From: Gemmatimonadales bacterium
GTDB taxonomy: Bacteria > Gemmatimonadota > Gemmatimonadetes > Gemmatimonadales > GWC2-71-9
Reading direction: 5' to 3'
DNA length: 64,000 nucleotides
NCBI GenBank assembly: GCA_035538515.1
Contig: DATLKF010000018.1
Location: 69,760-133,759, forward strand
This document shows positions 55,595-64,000 of this stretch, piece after piece; the first letter of the stretch is position 1, and every line of letters begins with the position of its first letter. Under the pieces are notes generated by a model, which saw only the letters and a list, made by a program, of their open reading frames with translations, was not told the DNA's origin and made no database searches. A program made the position numbers and the translations under genes.

Positions 55595-56770
55595 TTAGTC
55601 AACGGCCCGCAGCAGCGTCCCTTTCAGGTACGACGTCTCGGGCACCGTGAGCAGCTCGGGGTGGTCGCGGGCCGCTCCGGTGAGAGCGAGGAGCTGGAGA
55701 CGGCGGCCGGCGTCGCGAGCCGCCGCGGCCAGCATGTCCAGGAAGATGTTCCGGCTCACGTGGTAGGAGCAGGAGCAGGTGAACAACACGCCACCTGGCG
55801 CCAGGATGCGCATGGCGCGGAGGTTGATGTCCTTGTAGCCCGCGAGCGCGCGCGGCACCGCCGCCTTCGATTTCGCGAACGCCGGCGGGTCCAGGACGAC
55901 GCTGTCGAACGTCTCCCCATGTCGCTCCAGCTCTCGCAGCAGATCGAAGGCGTTCGCCTCGCGCCAGGCGATGTTGGTGAGCCCGTTGAGCGCCGCATTT
56001 TCGCGACCACGCGCCAGCGCATCGCCGCTCGAGTCCACCGCGAGCACGTCGCCGGCGCGCCGCGCCAGGTGCAGGGCGAACGAGCCGTGATACGTGAACA
56101 GGTCCAGGGCGCGTCCTGGGCCGGCGTGCGCGGCCACGAGCAGGCGATTCTCCCGCTGGTCGAGGAACGCGCCGGTCTTCTGGCCGGTATGGGGGGCGGC
56201 GAGGTATCGCACGCCCGCTTCCTCGACGAGCACCGTTGCCGGCACCGTGCCCCGCGCGGCGACCACCTCGAGCTGCAATCCCTCGTGGCGGCGCACTGTC
56301 GAGTCGTTGCGCAGCAGGATCGCGTCGGGCGCGAGCGCGACGCCGATCCCCTCGAGCACGTCGTGAGACACGGCGTCCACGCCGGCGGAGAGCAGCTGCG
56401 CCACGAGGTACGGCCCGTAGCGGTCCACGACCAGCGACGGTAGCGCGTCTCCCTCCGCGTGGACGACACGGTACGCCGTCGCCTCGATCCCCCCCCGGCG
56501 CGCCGCCGCCGCGGCGATCCGCTGCGCCCACCAGGACGCGTCGATCGGCTCGCGTCCCCGCGTGAGCAGACGCAGTCGGATCTCGGATTTGGGGGAGTAC
56601 AGGGCCTGGCCCAAGTGCCGCCCACGGCGGTCGGTCGCGGTCACGATGCCCGGCGTGTCGCCTGGCTCGTCGTGGATGTCGGTCCGATAGATCCAGGGAT
56701 GCCCTGCCTGCCACCGCGCGGCACCCTTCGCCGACACGACAACGGGTCGGAGTGCCGCAGTCGTCGTCAC
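55595..56770 (-). CDS. RlmI-like PUA-domain class I SAM-dependent rRNA methyltransferase
   Basis: The GTG at 56770 overlaps the aroH stop (GTGA). GAARWQAGHPWIYRTDI, TGQKTGAFLDQREN, ALDLFTYHGSFALH and VVLDPPAFAK are present. Confidence 0.8.
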   Translation of the reverse strand: MTTTAALRPVVVSAKGAARWQAGHPWIYRTDIHDEPGDTPGIVTATDRRGRHLGQALYSPKSEIRLRLLTRGREPIDASWWAQRIAAAAARRGGIEATAYRVVHAEGDALPSLVVDRYGPYLVAQLLSAGVDAVSHDVLEGIGVALAPDAILLRNDSTVRRHEGLQLEVVAARGTVPATVLVEEAGVRYLAAPHTGQKTGAFLDQRENRLLVAAHAGPGRALDLFTYHGSFALHLARRAGDVLAVDSSGDALARGRENAALNGLTNIAWREANAFDLLRELERHGETFDSVVLDPPAFAKSKAAVPRALAGYKDINLRAMRILAPGGVLFTCSCSYHVSRNIFLDMLAAAARDAGRRLQLLALTGAARDHPELLTVPETSYLKGTLLRAVD

Positions 56771-57162
56771 GGTCCGACCGTCCCACCATCCGACCGTCCA
56801 CCACGGTCCGGTCGCAGCTTGGCCGCGTCCCGCAGGTACATATGTTTCAGCTCGCGCTGCGGCTTGGTCGTGTAGAAGTGCAGCAACACGCGGATACAGC
56901 GGGGCAGTCCGTCGGGCACGGCGACCTCCGCCGCGCCGAGCAACGGCACGTCGCGCCAGCCCAGGAGGCGGGCGGCGCGCGCCGGATACTCGGCCGTCAG
57001 ATCGGGCGACGACGTGAAGATCGCGCTCTCGACGTCCTCGGGCCGGAAACCGTTCGCCTCCTGCAGCGCGCGCAGCAACTCGGCCGTGGCGTCGAGAATG
57101 GCCTCGCCGCTGTTGGTCGCGGCGGTAGTGGCGCCGCGCAGTCCACGCAGGGTTTTGCTCAT
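56767..57162 (-). CDS. aroH: Chorismate mutase, AroH type
   Basis: MSKTLRGLRGATTA...PDLTAEYPARAAR...CIRVLLHF...HMYLRDAAKLRPD parallels B. subtilis AroH (MMIRGIRGATTV...CIRVMM...HVYLEKVVVLRPD). Confidence 0.85.
   Translation of the reverse strand: MSKTLRGLRGATTAATNSGEAILDATAELLRALQEANGFRPEDVESAIFTSSPDLTAEYPARAARLLGWRDVPLLGAAEVAVPDGLPRCIRVLLHFYTTKPQRELKHMYLRDAAKLRPDRGGRSDGGTVGP
56771..56814. repeat. Degenerate tandem 8-nt units (CAGTCGGA family), locus M
   Basis: ggtccgac cgtcccac catccgac cgtccacc acggtccg encodes the last 12 codons of aroH (DRGGRSDGGTVGP). It ends exactly at the rlmI-like GTG. Confidence 0.6.
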
Positions 57163-57808
57163 GAGCCTCGACTCTCAGTTGCGCTTGATGGTGGTCACGG
57201 ACCCGACACTCCTCAAGGGGCGGGGGCGGGGGGGGGATCCGGTCGCTGCGTGCCGCCAGGCGGTGGCCGGAGGCGCGACGATCGTGCAGGTCCGCGATAA
57301 GGCGGCGTCGGCGCGCGACCTGCTGGCGCTGGCGCGCGTCCTCGTGGGCGCCCTGTCCGTTCCCGTCATCGTAAACGATCGCGTGGACGTCGCGCTCGCC
57401 GCCGGCGCCGCGGGCGCCCACCTCGGCCACGACGACCCGCCGCTCGATCAGCTCCGACCCCACCTACCGGCGGGCTTCCTGTTGGGGCTGTCGGTCGGGA
57501 GCCCGGCGGAGGCGGAGCGGGGGCGGACGTGGCCGGCGGATTACTGGAGCGTGGGTCCCTGCTTCCCCACCGCCCACAAGCCCGATGCCGGTGCCCCGCT
57601 CGGCGCCGCGGGATTCGCGCGCCTCGCCCATCTCGCGCCAACTGGAACGCCGGTCATCGGGATCGGCGGCATCACCCCAAACAATGCGGGGGAAATCGCG
57701 CGCGCCGGCGCGGCCGGAGTCGCCGTGATCGGGGCGGTGTGGGAGGGGGAAGGAGGACTTAGCGACCCGACGGCCGCCGCCCGCGCTCTGCGCGCCGCAT
57801 TTGCTTGA
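57161..57808 (+). CDS. thiE: Thiamine-phosphate synthase
   Basis: LRLMVVTDP, IVQVRDK, VNDRVDVALAAGAAGAHLG and IGIGGITPNNAGEIARAGAAGVAVI. The start is uncertain: ATG 57161 overlaps the aroH ATG head-to-head, and in-frame TTG/ATG alternatives lie 18-27 nt downstream. Confidence 0.8.
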   Translation: MSLDSQLRLMVVTDPTLLKGRGRGGDPVAACRQAVAGGATIVQVRDKAASARDLLALARVLVGALSVPVIVNDRVDVALAAGAAGAHLGHDDPPLDQLRPHLPAGFLLGLSVGSPAEAERGRTWPADYWSVGPCFPTAHKPDAGAPLGAAGFARLAHLAPTGTPVIGIGGITPNNAGEIARAGAAGVAVIGAVWEGEGGLSDPTAAARALRAAFA

Positions 57809-58820
57809 CACGCGCGATCGCCGCCTCGTGCTCCGCGAAGGTCGTGGAAAAGATGTGCTTTCCGTCCGGCTGCGCCACGAAGTAGAGGAATGGCACGTCG
57901 GCGGGGTAGAGCGCCGCCGCCAAGCTGGCGCGCCCGGGCTGGCTGATGGGGCCCGGGGGCAGCCCCGCGTGCAAATAGGTGTTGTAGGCGGACCGGACCG
58001 CGAGATTCTTCTCCCACACGCGCTTTAACCGGCGGCCGAACGCGTAGCTGACCGTGGGGTCGGCCTCGAGTCGCATGCCGCGCGTCAGCCGGTTGCGATA
58101 CACCGCGGCGATGAACGGCCGATCGGGGTCGTAGCGGACCTCGGCCTCGACGATGGACGCCAGCGTGACCAACTGGTGCCTCGACAGCTCCAGCGAATCG
58201 AGGCGAGCCTGCCACTCGGGGCTCCATTGCAGCGTGAACTCGTGGGTCATCACGCGCACCAACTCGCGCGCACCGATGTGGAGCGGCAGCAGGTACGTGG
58301 TGGGAAACAGGTAGCCCTCGGCGCTATGAGTTCCCTCGGGGAGGCTCAGCCCGGCGAGCAGCTCGGGGTCCTGCGCGGCGGCGATGAACGAATCGCGCGG
58401 AATACGCAATCTTTCCTCGGCGAGCTCGGCTACCTCGACGAGTCGCAGCCCCTCCCGTACCGTGAGGCGCTGCTCGACGCCGCGACCGCGCTCGAGCGCG
58501 GCGACCACGTCGGACCAGGACTCGTCCTGCCGCAGCAGGTAGACCCCGCTCTTGAGCGAGCTGCCGAGCCCCCGGACGGTGGCGTACAGCCGGAACACGC
58601 CGGCGTGACCGATCACGTGATTCGTGGCGAGGGAATCGATGGCGGCATCGAGCGAGGCGCCGGGCGGGATGGTTACAGTGACCCGAGGGCCGTCGGAGCC
58701 GCCGCAGGCGGTGAGGATGAGCGGGAGCCAAACGCGGAACGTGGAACGCGGAACGCGGAACAGGCGCTCGACCTTCCATGCAGTGTTTAGCGCTCCGCGT
58801 TCCGACTTCCGCGTTCTCAC
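57759..58820 (-). CDS. mltG: Endolytic murein transglycosylase MltG (YceG-like)
   Basis: The YceG core is YRNRLTRGMRLEADPTVSYAF...NTYLHAGLPPGPISQPG. A lipobox-like WLPLILTAC lies near the N-terminus. The GTG at 58820 overlaps the ruvX stop (GTGA). The N-terminal 30 codons run through hairpin N. Confidence 0.8.
   Translation of the reverse strand: MRTRKSERGALNTAWKVERLFRVPRSTFRVWLPLILTACGGSDGPRVTVTIPPGASLDAAIDSLATNHVIGHAGVFRLYATVRGLGSSLKSGVYLLRQDESWSDVVAALERGRGVEQRLTVREGLRLVEVAELAEERLRIPRDSFIAAAQDPELLAGLSLPEGTHSAEGYLFPTTYLLPLHIGARELVRVMTHEFTLQWSPEWQARLDSLELSRHQLVTLASIVEAEVRYDPDRPFIAAVYRNRLTRGMRLEADPTVSYAFGRRLKRVWEKNLAVRSAYNTYLHAGLPPGPISQPGRASLAAALYPADVPFLYFVAQPDGKHIFSTTFAEHEAAIARVKQMRRAERGRRPSGR
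58731..58818. repeat. Hairpin of tandem 7-nt units (AACGCGG family), locus N
   Basis: aacgcggaacgtggaacgcggaacgcggaacagg (58731-58764) faces gctccgcgttccgacttccgcgttctc (58792-58818). The arm sequence is nearly identical to loci D and E. Confidence 0.85.
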
Positions 58821-59245
58821 GTAGCGGATCCGCGCCTTGCGTCGAGATAGTGCTGCAGCATCAGCGTCGCCGCGAGGGCGTCCACGTCCTCCTTGCGGCC
58901 CCGCGTGCTCCCGCCCATGGCGCGCACTGCTTGCAGCGCGCGCGCGGTCGTGAGACGCTCGTCCCACAGCTCGACCGGCTTCCCCCAGCGGCGGCCGATC
59001 TCGGCCGCCAGTGCGCGCGCGGCGCCGGCCGCCTCGCTTTCGGTCCCTTCCGGATCAAGTGGCAGGCCGACCACCACGCCCGTCACGGCGTGCCGCTCGA
59101 GCAGGCTGAGCAACCGACCCATCGGGAAACGTTTCCCGGGGCGGCGGGTGAGGGTGACGAGCGGCTGCGCGAGGAGTTGGGATTCGTCAGAGAGCGCGAC
59201 ACCGATGCGGCGCTCGCCCCAGTCCACCCCCAACACCCGGCCCAC
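58817..59245 (-). CDS. ruvX: Holliday-junction resolvase-like / pre-16S rRNA nuclease YqgF
   Basis: VLGVDWGERRIGVALSD...VVGLPL...SEAAGAAR...DERLTT. Confidence 0.85.
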   Translation of the reverse strand: MGRVLGVDWGERRIGVALSDESQLLAQPLVTLTRRPGKRFPMGRLLSLLERHAVTGVVVGLPLDPEGTESEAAGAARALAAEIGRRWGKPVELWDERLTTARALQAVRAMGGSTRGRKEDVDALAATLMLQHYLDARRGSAT

Positions 59246-59251
59246 CGTCCG

Positions 59252-60511
59252 TCATCCCTGCGCCATCGTCTGGAAGAACTCGGTGTTCGTTTTGGTCCGC
59301 TTGAGTCGCTCCAGCAGGAACTCGACCGCCTCCACGGGCGGCATGTCGGCCAGGAAGTTGCGCAACAGGTAGACCTTGTTGAGCTCCTCCTTGCCGAGTA
59401 GGAGCTCTTCCTTGCGCGTGCTGGTGCGCTGGACGTCGATGGCTGGGAAGGTCCGTCGCTCGGCGATGCGGCGGTCGAGGATCACTTCGGAGTTGCCAGT
59501 GCCCTTGAATTCCTCGAAGATGACCTCGTCCATGCGGGAGCCGGTGTCGATGAGGGCGGTCGCGAGGATGGTGAGCGACCCGCCACCTTCGATGTTGCGC
59601 GCCGCGCCGAAGAAGCGCTTCGGCTTTTGCAGCGCATTCGCGTCAACGCCTCCCGAGAGGATCTTGCCGGAGTGCGGGACCACCACGTTGTGCGCTCGCC
59701 CCAGGCGTGTAATCGAGTCGAGCAGGATCACCACGTCCTTGCCGTGTTCCACGAGGCGTTTCGCCTTCTCGATCACCATGTCGGCCACCTGGACGTGCCG
59801 ATCCGCGGGCTCGTCGAACGTCGACGAAATCACCTCGACGTTTGGGCCCTTGACGTTCTCCTCCATGTCCGTCACCTCTTCGGGCCGCTTGTCGATCAGC
59901 AGCACGATGAGGTAGATGTCGGGATGATTCTCGATGATGGAGTTGGCGAGCTTCTGCATGAGGATCGTTTTTCCGGCCTTCGGCGGCGACACGATGAGCC
60001 CCCGCTGTCCCATCCCGATCGGGCTCAGGATGTCCATCACCCGCATCGACAGGTCGCCGTCCTTGCGTTCCAGCTTGATGCGCCGCTCCGGGTAGCGGGG
60101 ACGCAGGTTGTCGAATGCGACACGGTGCTTCGCTTTCTCGGGCTCATCCCCGTTGACCACCTCGACCTTCAGCAGCGCGAGGTAGCGCTCGCCCTCCTTG
60201 GGGGGCCGCACCTGCCCCATGATCGTGTCCCCCGTGCGCAGGTCGAACCGCTTGATCTGGCTGGGCGAGACGTAGATGTCGTCGGGGCCGTACAGGTAGT
60301 TCCAGTCGGGACTGCGGAGAAAGCCGTAACCCTCGGGGAGGATCTCGAGAACGCCCTCGCCTCGCAGCACCGTGTCCGAGTCAAGGAGCGATTGCTCGAT
60401 GCGGAAGATCAGATCCTGCTTGCGAAGCCCTGAGTAGTTGGTGATGTTCAGGGTTTCGGCCATCGCGTGTAGTTCCGCGACGGATTTCCTCTTCAGTTCA
60501 GCGATATCCAC
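59252..60511 (-). CDS. rho: Transcription termination factor Rho
   Basis: It has an N-terminal rho_N ([22 protein letters not shown]), an RNA-binding cold-shock-like domain ([14 protein letters not shown]), Walker A PPKAGKT, and the Q and R loops. Confidence 0.95.
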   Translation of the reverse strand: MDIAELKRKSVAELHAMAETLNITNYSGLRKQDLIFRIEQSLLDSDTVLRGEGVLEILPEGYGFLRSPDWNYLYGPDDIYVSPSQIKRFDLRTGDTIMGQVRPPKEGERYLALLKVEVVNGDEPEKAKHRVAFDNLRPRYPERRIKLERKDGDLSMRVMDILSPIGMGQRGLIVSPPKAGKTILMQKLANSIIENHPDIYLIVLLIDKRPEEVTDMEENVKGPNVEVISSTFDEPADRHVQVADMVIEKAKRLVEHGKDVVILLDSITRLGRAHNVVVPHSGKILSGGVDANALQKPKRFFGAARNIEGGGSLTILATALIDTGSRMDEVIFEEFKGTGNSEVILDRRIAERRTFPAIDVQRTSTRKEELLLGKEELNKVYLLRNFLADMPPVEAVEFLLERLKRTKTNTEFFQTMAQG

Positions 60512-60651
60512 GTGTGTCGTTGCCTCGTAGCTCTACGGCGGGGGAAACCCCGGGGTGGGGGAGTGAGCGCGTTGAAAATGGAATCTGGGAAGTCGAAGGA
60601 GTGCGAGAGAGCTATAGTAGGGACGTCGGGACCCGGCGTCAAGGGCAGGCC

Positions 60652-61761
60652 ATGGCGCTAAGCGAATATCTGCTGGCATGGCGGACGACGCAGCTGCCGG
60701 ACCGGGAAGTCGTTGACGCGCTTGTAGATCCGGCCTACCGCAGCCCTACCCCCCGGCTCGCTCGAGAGCTCGAGCAATGGCCGGGCAGCTACTACTGGTC
60801 CGACGAGCCGGACGGGCGGCATCTGGTGCTCACCCGCCCCCTCACCCGGCGGCGCGAGCGCTGGGTACTGCACGTCCTGCTCTTTCTGGCGACGCTCTTC
60901 ACCACAACGTTCGTCGGCGCGGTGTTCGACGGCCGCATGCCGCTCGATCCCAACCCTCTCGCGCTCATCACCGGCACGTATCCGTTGCCGCCGGGCGTGG
61001 TACACGCCTGGGTCTCGGGGTTCAGGTTCTCGCTCCCGTTGCTCGCGATCTTGCTGTGCCACGAGTTCGGGCACTACCTGACCGCGCGACGCTACCAGCT
61101 CGACGTGTCGCCCCCGTACTTCATTCCGGTCCCGTTCGTCCCCTGGTCGATCGGCACGATGGGGGCGTTCATCCGCTTGCGCACGATACTGTCGGATCGC
61201 AGGCAGCTATTGGACGTCGGGATCGCGGGCCCGATCGGCGGCCTCCTGGTGGCGCTCCCCGTCCTCTGGATCGGATTGCGATTGAGTCAGCCGTTGCCGG
61301 GCCCCGACGTCGGCTTGCTGGTGAAAATGGGGACCGACGCGCCCTACTACCCCATTGGGGACTCGCTTCTGACGTTAGGGCTGCGGCATCTGATTCACGG
61401 CGACGCCCCCGCGGTCCTGCTCGACCCGATGGGATTCGCGGGATGGCTGGGGATCATCGTGACGATGTACAACCTGCTCCCAATCTCCCAACTCGACGGC
61501 GGACACATTCTGTATGCGGCGCTGCCAGGCTGGCACCAGCGCGTCGCCCTCGCGTTCTGGGCGTTGATCGTGGTGCTCGGCGCCCTGTGGAAGGGGTGGT
61601 TTTTGTGGGGATTCCTGGTGCTGCTGCTGTCGCGCGGCCGCCTCGGCCATCCCGCCGTGCTCGACGCACAGCGGCCGCTGCCCCGCACGCGGCGCGCGCT
61701 CGCGTGGGTGGCGCTCGTCCTCTTCCTCATCACGTTTGCACCGGTGCCGTTCAGGATCTAG
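60652..61761 (+). CDS. M50-family site-2 protease-like membrane metalloprotease
   Basis: It has HEFGHYLTARRY (HExxH) in a TM segment, NLLPISQLDGGH as the second metal-ligand motif, and multiple TM helices. Confidence 0.8.
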   Translation: MALSEYLLAWRTTQLPDREVVDALVDPAYRSPTPRLARELEQWPGSYYWSDEPDGRHLVLTRPLTRRRERWVLHVLLFLATLFTTTFVGAVFDGRMPLDPNPLALITGTYPLPPGVVHAWVSGFRFSLPLLAILLCHEFGHYLTARRYQLDVSPPYFIPVPFVPWSIGTMGAFIRLRTILSDRRQLLDVGIAGPIGGLLVALPVLWIGLRLSQPLPGPDVGLLVKMGTDAPYYPIGDSLLTLGLRHLIHGDAPAVLLDPMGFAGWLGIIVTMYNLLPISQLDGGHILYAALPGWHQRVALAFWALIVVLGALWKGWFLWGFLVLLLSRGRLGHPAVLDAQRPLPRTRRALAWVALVLFLITFAPVPFRI

Positions 61762-61832
61762 GAGCTCGGGGTTCGAGATTCGGGGTTAGGGCGTGTACTC
61801 TCGAGTCCCGACTCCCGAGCCCCGAGTCCCTA
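61762..61832. repeat. Hairpin of tandem 7-nt units (GGGCTCG family), locus L
   Basis: gagctcggggttcgagattcggggttaggg faces gagtcccgactcccgagccccgagtcccta. It starts 1 nt after the protease stop codon. Confidence 0.8.
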
Positions 61833-61889
61833 TTCTATTGCGTAAGTCGGCCCATCTTATATCTTTGCCCAAACCAGCCCTAGGCTCGC

Positions 61890-62174
61890 ATGCCCGGACA
61901 ACCGGCCCGATACAACGCGTCTGATTCGAGCGAAGCGGTCGTCCACGACCTCCCCCCCATACGATTCGACGGACAACTCATCCCCATTCGTCTCCAGGTA
62001 CGGCGCTCCGAGGACGGCGTCTGGCGGGGACGCGTGCTGTTCGGTGCGCCCGACACGGAGGCGGAGCGCGCCACCGCCGAGATCTTCTGCGCTACGTCGG
62101 AGCCGGACCTATGGCAGGCGGTTCGGGACCTGCGGGATCATCATCTCCGCGACCTGTATCGCTCGCTGCTCTAG
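61890..62174 (+). CDS. Hypothetical protein (94 aa)
   Basis: An ORF with an ATG start and no recognisable motif. The local sequence is less GC-rich than the flanks. Confidence 0.4.
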   Translation: MPGQPARYNASDSSEAVVHDLPPIRFDGQLIPIRLQVRRSEDGVWRGRVLFGAPDTEAERATAEIFCATSEPDLWQAVRDLRDHHLRDLYRSLL

Positions 62175-62278
62175 TGGCGTTCCAAAGTGGTGTGCCGAAT
62201 ACTTGTTCAGTACGGCAGCGCACGGACGCGATGTGGCGCCAGCCTGCTTCTAGCCCGATCAAGTTGGAACGGCATTAG

Positions 62279-62473
62279 GTGGTAGAACCCCCGCCGGACC
62301 CGATCCGGAAGCTCCGGCACGACCTGTCGAACCCACTGGCCGCGATTCTCGCCGAAACCCAGATCCTGCTGCTCAACGCGGACAACTACGACGGCGAGAC
62401 AGTCGCGAGCCTGAAGCAGATCGAGTCGCTCTCGCGCAAGATGCGGGGCATCCTGGAAGCCCTGGGCCAGTGA
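62279..62473 (+). CDS. Stand-alone HisKA/DHp-like domain protein (64 aa)
   Basis: GTG start. IRKLRHDLSNPLAAILAETQILL is an H-box followed by a second helix (LKQIESLSRKMRGILEAL). No ATPase or receiver domain is present. Confidence 0.5.
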   Translation: MVEPPPDPIRKLRHDLSNPLAAILAETQILLLNADNYDGETVASLKQIESLSRKMRGILEALGQ

Positions 62474-62476
62474 AGC

Positions 62477-62510
62477 GGTGAGCCGGCACCACAGGGCGCG
62501 GTATTGCGCG
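62477..62510 (+). terminator. Possible terminator hairpin after the DHp-only ORF
   Basis: gggcgcg-gtattg-cgcgccc is a 7-bp GC stem. It is followed by gcccttt, so the T-run is weak. Confidence 0.3.
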
Positions 62511-62623
62511 CCCGCCCTTTGGTGGCGTCCGATGAGGGCACGGTCGACGAATGGCGGATTACGCTTCCGCTCGCGCCAGCGACACCGCTTCCCCCGCGGA
62601 CGGCACCCCTCCTCCCTCCCGCC

Positions 62624-63388
62624 ATGACGACCCTCGAGCTGCGACCCCTGTCGACGGGTGAGATCCTCGATGGCGCGCTCGTGCTGTTACGGCGCTATTT
62701 CGCGCTGCTGTTCGGAATCGCGGTCGTGTGCGAGGGTCTGCCCACGGCCATCGACGTCTATATCGATCTCTCCGGTGGGAGCGCTTCTCACCCCGGGCTC
62801 GGGCTGCTTGAGCGACTGCTGAACGCGGTCGGAACTCTGCTCGTCGTTGGTGCCACCGTACGAGCCGTCTCGCAGGCCTACCTCGGCAGGGTGCCGCGGC
62901 TGGACGACTCGCTTCACTACGCCGGCGAGCGGCTGGGCGCCGTTTTTGGCGCCACGTTTATGAGCGGCCTCGTGGTGATACTGGCGACCCTCGCGCTGGT
63001 GATTCCCGGGATCGTGGTGTTCTGCGGCTATTCGGTGACCGGGCAGGTGGCGGCGCTCGAAGCGCCCCCGTCGTCGAGCGATGCGCTGCGTCGCTCCTGG
63101 GAGCTCACGAAGGGGTTCAAGGGCAAGGCCTTTGTCCTGTGGGTGGTATCGTTCGCCCTCCTCCTGGTGGTGGTCGCGGCCGTGAGTATTCTTGCTGGGC
63201 TGGTCGCGGAGGCCGCCGGCGAGGGCGCGAAGTGGCTCGAGGCGCTCGTCAAGGTGCTCCTCGCGCTCGTCAGCATGCTCGTGTATCCGCTGATCTCTTG
63301 CGTGTTCACGCTGTTCTACTACGACCTGCGGGTCCGCAAGGAAGGCTTCGATCTGGAGGTGTTGAGCGGGCAGCTGGGGATCTCCTAA
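62624..63388 (+). CDS. Polytopic membrane protein of unknown function
   Basis: MTTLELRPLSTGEILDGALVLLRRYFALLFGIAVV..., with 5-6 TM segments. Its N-terminal pattern recurs in uncharacterised membrane-protein families. Confidence 0.6.
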   Translation: MTTLELRPLSTGEILDGALVLLRRYFALLFGIAVVCEGLPTAIDVYIDLSGGSASHPGLGLLERLLNAVGTLLVVGATVRAVSQAYLGRVPRLDDSLHYAGERLGAVFGATFMSGLVVILATLALVIPGIVVFCGYSVTGQVAALEAPPSSSDALRRSWELTKGFKGKAFVLWVVSFALLLVVVAAVSILAGLVAEAAGEGAKWLEALVKVLLALVSMLVYPLISCVFTLFYYDLRVRKEGFDLEVLSGQLGIS

Positions 63389-63411
63389 AGGACCCCCATG
63401 ACTTGCACCCC

Positions 63412-63612
63412 TAGGGATTCTCTGCACAAGGGAAACGTGGTGCTGGGGTGGGACGCTCGGGCGCTTTACACGCGAGGGCACGTCAAAGGCGGAACTCAAA
63501 AGCCGAAGGCTGGCCAGACCTGCACAGTGCCGCGTCGCATGTTTCGGTGCGCCCTCGCGTGTAGCCGCCTAGCGTCCCGCCCCAGCACCACGCGACTTGT
63601 GCAGATTCCCTA
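63412..63612. mobile_element. MITE-like 200-bp palindromic element, full copy 2 (inverted relative to copy 1)
   Basis: tagggattctctgcacaag...cttgtgcagattcccta aligns along its whole length with the reverse complement of 4862-5060. Most positions are identical by eye. The terminal cta at 63610-63612 serves as the TAG stop of the adjacent minus-strand gene. Confidence 0.7.
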
Positions 63613-64000
63613 GCCGCTCGTGGCCGCAAGGGCTGAGCGCTTCCAGTACGCCCAGCCACTCGCCCCGTAGATGAGTAAGAAGACGACCGACAGGGCGCTG
63701 GTGAGGTACTTGTAGCCCGCGGGCGCGTCGCTCGCCGACAGCAGCCCCTCGATCGTCCCCGCGATCGCCAGCAGGGTCACTACCGCGCCGATCATACGTG
63801 CGGCGATCCGGCCCTCGACCACGAGGGCATCCCGTCGCGTCCGGTCGCCCGGCATGAGCAACGCACCCCCCAGACGAAACCCCGCGCCGCCCGCGATGAA
63901 GATCGCGGTGAGCTCGAGCACCCCATGGCCCGCCACGAAGGTCGCGAGGTACCCGCCAGCGTGGTAGTTGACGAACACGCCGAAGCCCGTGCCGAGGCTG
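63610..64000 (-). CDS. SpoIIM-like / DUF95 membrane protein (partial; N-terminus beyond the right edge)
   Basis: HGVLELTAIFIAGGAGFRLGGALLMPG is the family-typical motif. The reading frame remains open to position 64000 upstream of the track's internal M. Confidence 0.6.
   Translation of the reverse strand, partial: SLGTGFGVFVNYHAGGYLATFVAGHGVLELTAIFIAGGAGFRLGGALLMPGDRTRRDALVVEGRIAARMIGAVVTLLAIAGTIEGLLSASDAPAGYKYLTSALSVVFLLIYGASGWAYWKRSALAATSG

Overview
This is a very GC-rich chromosomal segment. It comes from a diderm bacterium, judging by an Omp85-type barrel, a second OM beta-barrel, PBP1A, MltG and many Tat/Sec-exported enzymes. I found no rRNA, tRNA, CRISPR, transposase, integrase or phage genes. 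About 55 CDS are credible.

Housekeeping genes: tyrS, PBP1A, argR, argG-argH, rho, ruvX, mltG, thiE, aroH, kbl-tdh.

Accessory content:
- Four GT4 glycosyltransferases at the left end.
- A roughly 10.7 kb tightly packed minus-strand array (30953 down to 20214) of exported enzymes: two xylose-isomerase-like TIM barrels, a GMC oxidoreductase with its small Tat subunit, a Gfo/Idh/MocA oxidoreductase, DUF1080, DPP-IV, GH20 and a peroxiredoxin.
- A smaller related trio on the plus strand (15605-18884).
- A histidine kinase, an NtrC-type regulator, a sigma54 promoter, a beta-helix/Omp85 fusion and DUF4390.
- An ECF sigma/anti-sigma pair.
- A NYN-LOTUS protein with an RGG tail.
- An FdhA-like molybdoenzyme.

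The most unusual signals are not ordinary genes:
1. At least 14 loci carry tandem 7- or 8-nt units, mostly arranged as inverted arrays (hairpins). Almost all sit on or next to translation starts, and several are translated.
2. A roughly 200 bp MITE-like palindromic element is present as two full copies plus two solo-arm fragments.
3. An in-frame TGA sits exactly at the peroxidatic-Cys position of an exported Bcp/PrxQ-type peroxiredoxin, followed by a stem-loop. This is a probable selenoprotein.
4. An M28 peptidase is broken by three single-base indels.

Most long ORFs in the supplied track that lie antisense to, or out of frame with, these genes are GC-content artefacts. Many of the track's M residues are alternative (GTG/TTG) starts.
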